A stretch of 5,412 nucleotides of DNA, taken from the NCBI GenBank assembly GCA_018985225.1, contig JADGIF010000661.1:1-5412 (forward strand), given 5' to 3'. Position numbers and translations under genes: made by a program. The stretch is from Amoeboradix gromovi X-113. Taxonomy: Eukaryota; Fungi; Sanchytriomycota. The notes below the pieces were generated by a model that did not search any database, was not told where the DNA came from, and saw nothing but the letters and a program-made list of their open reading frames with translations. Shown here one piece after another: positions 1-5,412 of the stretch. The stretch's first letter is position 1, and each line of letters opens with the position of its first letter.

Positions 1-17
1 CCATAAAGTAATAAAGC

Positions 18-75
18 TGAAATAATGTTCCAAGTTGTTACAGAAAGTTAGTCCAGTTTTTATATTTGATGTCCC
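18..75 (-). mobile_element. One terminus (TIR plus subterminal sequence) of a second copy of the element family seen at 2217..2641; the rest lies left of the window
   Basis: 42..75 (agaaagttagtccagtttttatatttgatgtccc) matches 2608..2641 (agaaagtaagtctagtttttatatttgatgtccc) at 32/34 positions in the same orientation. Weaker similarity continues inward (tgaaataatgttccaagttgtt vs tgatataacaattcaaactatt). Confidence 0.7.
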
Positions 76-462
76 AGATGTTTATTTTTAGAATATTGCA
101 ATAAAGCCAACTCGTATCTCTCGAGATATGAATAAATCGCAGTGGGTAATCTTCGTCATTATCGTTACAAATGATGATCTTATCATAGAGCTTACCACTA
201 TCCTACTTATGTAGAGAATAGCAAATACTTTTGTTGTTCTTAGTCTTATGTGACATTGCTGCATATACTTGATCTAGCTGTTGTACTTAGTTTCACACCT
301 GAGTTGCAAATAAACACAACAACAAACTGTAAAGAATAAAACAAATTTCATAAGTATTTTATTAAAGAAATCACAACTTGTGTTTTGCGACAAAACAATA
401 ACACACAAATTTCAAGTAATTGAATGTTTCAAGCTCAAATTGTGATGTAGTTGGTTAGACAT

Positions 463-1431
463 TTATTCCGATTTAGTGACTATTCCGACTGTATCAACAT
501 TAACATATGTCCAGGAAACGTGGTTTTCCGTATCCACCCCATATAAAACACCACTAACATTTCCTTTGCCATCGTCCGTCATAAAAACAGCGGAGTTAAT
601 CCATTTAGCCTCTGAAGAACCGTCTGGGGAACCCACAATTGTTGTCCACCCTTTCTGAGATCTGCTTTTGCATCTAAATTGCAATGTGTTGGTCCCGCCA
701 TCAGTTGTGCATAAGTATCCGTTATTTAAATCGATATTGTGTATTGAGGTGGTGCTACCGTCTTGTTTGAAATCTCCTGCCCAGCCTGTACCAGGAGTTG
801 CTGAAATTATGTCATCAGTACATATTGGACCTGTAGTTGACATAATGGGACTTAGCGGATTATTAACATCGCGTAGCAAACAAGCAGCCCCATTTGAAAG
901 TGAGACTGCAAATGCATTTGAGAATTTTTTGGAGAATGATGAATCTTCATAGGTGCCACTGTTTGAGCAATACACAGCAAAATCTGTACCGATCACACAT
1001 AGAGAATTCTCATCCAAGTCAATTTGCTTGTAAGTGTATTCTGTTAATATAGGATTCCAGGTAGGTTGAGCCATATCAAAAGCGCAGTAAATATGAGAGT
1101 CTGAAGTTAGAACACACACTTTGACCGTTTCGCCGGTACCTACCGTACTTACCGTCACTTGTAAGAATCCATACTGGCTTAGATTAGGATCATATGGCCC
1201 GTTAGTAATTTGCTCCCAGCTATTAACATCTTTACCACACCATAATTCTCCTTCGTTGTTGTTGTTTACTCCACAAACATAATCTTTAGTAGCAGATAAT
1301 TGAACCACATATTTGGCTCCATCAGCAGGGGTCCAGTCAGCACCGAATGTAGTGCTTGTTGTTGCAATGCTGGTTGCTCTTTTTACGATACTAGTCGTTG
1401 GTGCTGCGAAAGATAGTAATGCGAACATCAT
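463..1431 (-). CDS. Secreted tectonin/tachylectin-like six-bladed beta-propeller protein (putative lectin), 322 aa
   Basis: Short hydrophobic N-terminus (MMFALLSFAA), dibasic KR site and Thr/Ser-rich linker. Six repeats of the pattern W..I.G....Q(I/V)(S/D)....(V/L)C.V.....(I/L)(Y/W)C follow, e.g. WTPADGAKYVVQLSATKDYVCGVNNNNEGELWC and WNPILTEYTYKQIDLDENSLCVIGTDFAVYC. Start context is AAAATG; stop is TAA. Confidence 0.75.
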   Translation of the reverse strand: MMFALLSFAAPTTSIVKRATSIATTSTTFGADWTPADGAKYVVQLSATKDYVCGVNNNNEGELWCGKDVNSWEQITNGPYDPNLSQYGFLQVTVSTVGTGETVKVCVLTSDSHIYCAFDMAQPTWNPILTEYTYKQIDLDENSLCVIGTDFAVYCSNSGTYEDSSFSKKFSNAFAVSLSNGAACLLRDVNNPLSPIMSTTGPICTDDIISATPGTGWAGDFKQDGSTTSIHNIDLNNGYLCTTDGGTNTLQFRCKSRSQKGWTTIVGSPDGSSEAKWINSAVFMTDDGKGNVSGVLYGVDTENHVSWTYVNVDTVGIVTKSE

Positions 1432-1510
1432 TTTCTCGATACACTGGTAACAGCCTTTTATTTGCTATTTCAGATTTGCAAGTACCTAATTTTCAAGTTA
1501 GGCCACGAGA

Positions 1511-1519
1511 GATTGGCTG
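1511..1519 (-). promoter_or_regulatory. Possible CCAAT box upstream of the tectonin-like gene
   Basis: Minus strand reads CAGCCAATC about 80 nt upstream of the ATG at 1431. Short motif that could occur by chance. Confidence 0.25.
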
Positions 1520-1743
1520 AAAACGTCTGCTAATAAAAATTATCAACAAGTGCCAACGGACAGCCAACTAGCCTTTTCATTGGGTTCTGAAAGGTAGATT
1601 TTACTTTGTTATAGATCATCATAAACTGTCCATTAAAATAAGTATTGTTATATTATATCCTCGTTTATTCGCGTACCTTGTAATCTCGTTGTATTCACCT
1701 TGGACTGAGGATTCAAAGTACAGCTATTTAATTTGTAAAATAA

Positions 1744-2186
1744 ATCGCTTATCGAGAATTTGTATTTCCATATAACCGCATGATTGTTCCCGTACTTTAA
1801 ATACTCTATATTCTTCCTTTTCACAAATCGTTGATGGAATTAATGGATGCAATCCTGAACATGTCAAATCTAAAGTAATAACTAACAGTACAGCATAGGT
1901 TCATCAACGTTAAGGAAGTGGCTCAAGTATGGAACAATTTGATGTCTTCTAACCCGTCCTCAAAAGATATCAACCATAAATAAACTCATGAACCATTTAT
2001 TTAATAATTTTGTGATTCGTCTTACCACATGTGCAACACCGCGATATCTTAATACTTGTTATGCATTTACATGAGGAAGTGAAACGATGTGCTGCTATAG
2101 AGCGGATACACTAGTTTCGTCTTCGTTATAAAACTACAGCTCCTTCAGATGTACTTGCAGATCTTATCAAAACAATAAATCATTGA
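1744..2186 (+). pseudogene. Possible decayed coding sequence of unknown family
   Basis: Protein-like segments broken by stops and frameshifts: IAYREFVFPYNRMIVPVL*ILYILPFHKSLMELMDAILNMSNLK**LTVQHRFINVKEVAQVWNNLMSSNPSSKDINHK* / MNHLFNNFVIRLTTCATPR / ILVMHLHEEVKRCAAIERIH*FRLRYKTTAPSDVLADLIKTINH*. No family motif recognised. Confidence 0.2.
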
Positions 2187-2216
2187 TTTATTAATTTTTT
2201 CTTTGTTGCATTACAT

Positions 2217-2244
2217 GGGACACCAAATATAAAAACCAGACTAA
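2217..2244 (+). repeat. Terminal inverted repeat A
   Basis: GGGACACCAAATATAAAAACCAGACTAA; 25/28 identical to the reverse complement of both 2614..2641 and 48..75. Confidence 0.9.
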
Positions 2245-2383
2245 GTCGTTTTTAGAGGAGGTGCTTCATAAGGAGGAAATACTATTATTAAGAAAAGTCC
2301 TTCTTCTTTCATTAGTGCCATTCCTTTCTTTAAAATAAAACAAGATGACCCACTATCTCTTTCAAGTAAGGTCTTTGAGTGTC
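2217..2383 (-). ncRNA. Candidate structured RNA at the element end (omegaRNA-like scaffold, hypothetical)
   Basis: By-eye folding of the minus strand gives a closing stem GACAC-U-CAAA (2383..2374) with UUUG-GUGUC (2227..2219), a GAAA-tetraloop hairpin (2373..2347), a long interrupted hairpin (2325..2274) and hairpin UAAAAAC-GAC-UUA-GUC-UG-GUUUUUA (2254..2230). G.U pairs work on the minus strand only. Confidence 0.35.
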
Positions 2384-2493
2384 TAAGCAAAAGGTGCATT
2401 ATCTACTACTACACCACTACTATCTTCCATTTTCTTTTTCTTCTTACCGCCTTTCGTATAACTTATTTTTTGTTTTCTCTTCTTATTAATCAT
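2383..2493 (-). pseudogene. Lys-rich ORF remnant inside the element (36 aa)
   Basis: MINKKRKQKISYTKGGKKKKKMEDSSGVVVDNAPFA*; the frame stays open upstream to 2529 (CKSFSSIKILET). NLS-like basic clusters; the stop codon abuts the structured segment. Confidence 0.35.
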
Positions 2494-2613
2494 TGTTTCT
2501 AAGATTTTGATGGAAGAAAAGCTTTTACACTAAAATAATTTACTTGAACAGATTAATTTAATTTACTATCAGTTAATACACACTTGATATAACAATTCAA
2601 ACTATTTAGAAAG

Positions 2614-2641
2614 TAAGTCTAGTTTTTATATTTGATGTCCC
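2614..2641 (-). repeat. Terminal inverted repeat B
   Basis: Minus strand GGGACATCAAATATAAAAACTAGACTTA; begins 6 nt after the UGT stop codon. Confidence 0.9.
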
Positions 2642-2647
2642 GCATGT

Positions 2648-4129
2648 TCAGTCACGATTAGATACTATCCGCCACATTTTACGCGTTAACTGAGCTACCA
2701 TCACCAATATAGCAAATAAAATAAAATAACCTACTAATATCACATCGTAGTTTGAGGCAGCCATGGCATTCATACTCTGCGATCTAGTAGTTAATGCTTG
2801 AATCCCATGTTCCATTACGTATTCGATGTAATCCGCCGCAACTTCTATGTTGCTTTTTAGCTTGAGTTGCAACAAAGACTGAAATCTCTTTATTTTCTGT
2901 TTATAGCTGCTTGAAAGTTGAAGTAATGTCGCCTTATCACATACCTCTTCGGAAGTAAATGAATACTTGTCCATGATATACTCGCCAATTCCTACTCCCT
3001 TGGCCTTGTTTGCATTTATGCTCTGATCCCCATAAAACGGTTTTACTAATATCGGCTTACCTGCTTCAATAGATTCGTGTAAGGATTCAATGCCACCATG
3101 ACTTACAAATATTGAAACCGCTGGATGGTGAAGTATATCTTGCTGGGCAGCCCATTTCAAGACGTACACAGATTCCAGATCTGAAGAGGTGAATTCGGAA
3201 GAGTTAAACATTTTAGAAGCAAAGACGATCTTGTATTTTGCACATCTTAAACCATTAAATATTTTGAGTAGCTGCTTACTTGGCAAATAAGCAAGACTCC
3301 CAAACGCCATGAAAGCGACTTTATTATTGGAACTTGACTGGGCATCTAGCCATCTTTTCAAATCGCTATCCATCTTTGATCTGGACTTCTCAAAAACAGG
3401 TCCAAGCTGAATAACGTTTGGTGGCATTTCGACATTCCAAAAACCAGGCAGAGTGTTCAGTAGATTCAATCTGTTTTGGAATATATCTTTGCTGTTTAAA
3501 GAGTGGGGTACATTGTACTGGGATCTCAGTTTGTTGATTGATAATGTCGTGGGTAAAATACGTAAAATTGAATTTGGTAGAATATACCAAGTATTTAAAA
3601 ACCGATGCAGGAACCCCCATTCTTCCTCAAGCACCTTATTGGTAATCGGGCTTGGATTGTATGGCGCCTGGTAAAATCCACTGAAACCAAGATAGAAAGT
3701 GGCAACTGCATAGTCAACGTTGTTTTTTATGGCTGTATCAAAACAGGGCGTAGCAAGAACATCGCAAACGAAGTAATCAACTTTGTGGTCCTGCAATACT
3801 TTGGCCAAAGAATTCATTCCAATTTCATAGTGTTTGTCATATATTTCAGTCTTTTGATAGACTAATCCAGTTAAGATATCGTTCGGATCTTCCTCTTCCA
3901 CCATCCACATCCAATGCCGGTCAACATCTGGCCCGTGCCCTAAATCCAAGAACGGTATACTGGTACCTGTTAAGTATCTCTGGTTTTCGGTGATGGTTGC
4001 AAATGCTACTTCGTGTCCGCGATCTTGTAATGCTGCCAAGTATGACAGAATTGGGCGAGCGTGTGAGTAGGTACCTGCTAACACACATCCTACCACAATT
4101 TTCGCAGAAATGCAACCAAGAAATATCAT
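2648..4129 (-). CDS. UDP-glucuronosyl/UDP-glucosyltransferase (GT1, UDPGT family), type I membrane topology, 493 aa
   Basis: N-terminal catalytic His (GTYSHARP..L...L..RGHEV), DYFVCD, AFGS motif, full UDPGT signature WAAQQDILHHPAVSIFVSHGGIESLHESIEAGKPILVKPFYGDQ, and a C-terminal transmembrane helix (VILVGYFILFAILVMVAQL) with a basic tail. Confidence 0.95.
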   Translation of the reverse strand: MIFLGCISAKIVVGCVLAGTYSHARPILSYLAALQDRGHEVAFATITENQRYLTGTSIPFLDLGHGPDVDRHWMWMVEEEDPNDILTGLVYQKTEIYDKHYEIGMNSLAKVLQDHKVDYFVCDVLATPCFDTAIKNNVDYAVATFYLGFSGFYQAPYNPSPITNKVLEEEWGFLHRFLNTWYILPNSILRILPTTLSINKLRSQYNVPHSLNSKDIFQNRLNLLNTLPGFWNVEMPPNVIQLGPVFEKSRSKMDSDLKRWLDAQSSSNNKVAFMAFGSLAYLPSKQLLKIFNGLRCAKYKIVFASKMFNSSEFTSSDLESVYVLKWAAQQDILHHPAVSIFVSHGGIESLHESIEAGKPILVKPFYGDQSINANKAKGVGIGEYIMDKYSFTSEEVCDKATLLQLSSSYKQKIKRFQSLLQLKLKSNIEVAADYIEYVMEHGIQALTTRSQSMNAMAASNYDVILVGYFILFAILVMVAQLTRKMWRIVSNRD

Positions 4130-4196
4130 AGGTTTTATAGGTAGACTCCTTTTGAAATCGGATTTGGAGAAATAAAAAAAGGATGGTTACTATTAA

Positions 4197-5300
4197 TTAT
4201 TTACTTCTTTGTACAACATAAAGGCATAGTTCATCTAATCCAACTCGACTCTGCGTGTTTGCAAACACGCTCAAAAGTGCTCTGCTAGTATTTATATAAT
4301 TGTTAGCCATTTCAAGTGCTTTTGGGATACCTTCAAGTTTTAGCTTTATTTCTATTCTCTTGATCGCATCTTGGTCGTTATGCTTTATTTTATCAAAATC
4401 ATCCCACATTTGATCATTCGCACACAATATGAACGGAACATTTATTATTCCTTCTAGAAACTCGTCCGAGTCTAGAATGTCATCCTTTATTTGAAATGCC
4501 ATACCCAAGGAATGCCCAAATGTATAACAGATTTGGTCTAAAAAGAATGCATTTTTAGTCAAATCTATCCCAATGTCCAATGCAGTATTCACCTTGTATT
4601 TGATGAATGCATCTGATATTGTATTTCGGTCTATAATTATTGTTTGCTTTGGATCGCTTAATTTAGCAATTGCTTGACTGGATTTACCAAACAAGGAAGC
4701 AGTCTTTAGTTTTGTCTTTTCCAGTACATTTGGAATGCTGTGCGCGTTTAATTGACTTAACTCGCCCATCACCAAGTCCATGAGAATTGATGCTACTAAC
4801 TGCACAATGTTCGTGTTCATTTTGCTTAGTTCTTCGCTAGCTTTTGCGAGCAGGTAATCTCCTCCTAAAATAGACTGTTTGTCACTCATAATTTTACGAA
4901 GGGTAGGACTATTACGGCGAGTATCTTGTTGATCTAAAACATCATCATGCATCAAGGAAGCAGTATGGATCATTTCCGTGATTAATGCTAGCTGATACTG
5001 CTTATCAGAGATTTGTAAATCATTCAGTGGCGACTTAAGAGTTGGAAAACTTTGATTTATGCATTGGCTAAGAAGAATAAGCTGCAACGGCCTCATGTGC
5101 TTACCGCCCTGGAAGTAGTGCCTAAATATCTCCAAATTAGGAAGGAAAGAACTGATATCCCGTGGTACATTTTTAATTAAATAATTCCATTGAAGCATCT
5201 CCGTTTTATGGAGTTGGGACACACTCTGTAAAAAGTAAACTGGGGGTAAAAAACGGGTGACGAGATTTACCCAGTTGAACTTTTCACAGTAGTGTCCCAT
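4197..5300 (-). CDS. COQ1: Long-chain trans-polyprenyl diphosphate synthase (COQ1/PDSS1-like); true start may be the second Met at 5198
   Basis: GGKHMRP, EMIHTASLMHDDVLD...RR (first DDxxD, with Ala at -5 typical of long-chain enzymes), ILGGDYLLA, GELSQL, KTASLF, GMAFQIKDDILD (second DDxxD). Orthology to COQ1 is inferred from motifs only. Confidence 0.85.
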   Translation of the reverse strand: MGHYCEKFNWVNLVTRFLPPVYFLQSVSQLHKTEMLQWNYLIKNVPRDISSFLPNLEIFRHYFQGGKHMRPLQLILLSQCINQSFPTLKSPLNDLQISDKQYQLALITEMIHTASLMHDDVLDQQDTRRNSPTLRKIMSDKQSILGGDYLLAKASEELSKMNTNIVQLVASILMDLVMGELSQLNAHSIPNVLEKTKLKTASLFGKSSQAIAKLSDPKQTIIIDRNTISDAFIKYKVNTALDIGIDLTKNAFFLDQICYTFGHSLGMAFQIKDDILDSDEFLEGIINVPFILCANDQMWDDFDKIKHNDQDAIKRIEIKLKLEGIPKALEMANNYINTSRALLSVFANTQSRVGLDELCLYVVQRSK

Positions 5301-5412
5301 ATTTCTTCACCTAGGCAATAGGCGAAATTACTTTATCAGTGATCCTTTGTTGCCAGCCTGGTCTCTCACCATTCGCTAGCAAACTATCTATCACTTGAAG
5401 ATTATTACAACA

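Larger units (their letters stand above)
2217..2641 (-). mobile_element. Non-autonomous TIR DNA transposon (MITE-like), 425 bp
   Basis: 28-bp inverted termini with 25/28 identity (2217..2244 vs reverse complement of 2614..2641), both starting GGGACA. No transposase ORF inside. A third TIR copy is at 48..75. No clear target-site duplication, so exact ends are uncertain by a few bases. Confidence 0.75.

Noticed and set aside
88-264. 58-aa minus-strand ORF (MQQCHIRLRTTKVFAILY...) ending near the first TIR copy, considered as a paralogous UGT 3' end
   Set aside because: No similarity to the UGT C-terminus; the repeat is better explained as a transposon end because an inverted copy exists at 2217.
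370-446. tRNA-sized branched structure considered as a tRNA gene
   Set aside because: No D-loop GG, no proper T arm or anticodon arm geometry, and very AT-rich.
476-952. Plus-strand ORFs 476..658 and 668..952
   Set aside because: Antisense shadows of the tectonin-like CDS with no recognisable motifs.
2256-2277. Two AGGAGG Shine-Dalgarno-like motifs
   Set aside because: No suitably spaced ATG-initiated ORF follows and the locus is eukaryotic.
42-2641. Three 28-bp repeats considered as a CRISPR array
   Set aside because: Spacing is hundreds to thousands of bases, one copy is inverted, the context is eukaryotic and there are no cas genes.
3390-4115. Short ORFs 3390..3620, 3453..3674, 3605..3865 and 3921..4115
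   Set aside because: Fully nested in the well-supported UGT CDS, in alternative frames or antisense; no independent evidence.
4538-4592. Intron-like segment GTGAAT...ACTAA...TTCTTTTTAG in the prenyl synthase
   Set aside because: It is 55 nt long; splicing would frameshift away the second DDxxD, while the unspliced frame is open.
463-5300. Non-standard genetic code (TAA/TAG read as Gln)
   Set aside because: The three long CDSs contain no internal TAA or TAG, and two end in TAA at positions consistent with complete proteins.
5306-5326. 8-bp hairpin ttcaccta-ggcaa-taggcgaa upstream of the prenyl synthase ATG
   Set aside because: Single short imperfect stem, plausible by chance, with no supporting context.

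Overview
AT-rich, gene-dense eukaryotic DNA, most plausibly from a fungus-like microbial eukaryote (inference). It carries three apparently intronless minus-strand genes: a secreted six-repeat tectonin-type beta-propeller lectin (463..1431), a membrane-anchored GT1 UDP-glycosyltransferase (2648..4129) and a divergent COQ1-like long-chain trans-prenyl diphosphate synthase (4197..5300). The ORF track misses a 425-bp non-autonomous element (2217..2641) bounded by 28-bp terminal inverted repeats, inserted 6 nt after the UGT stop codon. One end of a second family member lies at the window start (about 18..75). On the minus strand the element reads: TIR, Lys-rich ORF remnant, about 165 nt of nested stem-loops running into the other TIR. 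This layout resembles a Fanzor/OMEGA 'ghost' omegaRNA locus, but no nuclease gene is in the window, so that reading is a hypothesis.
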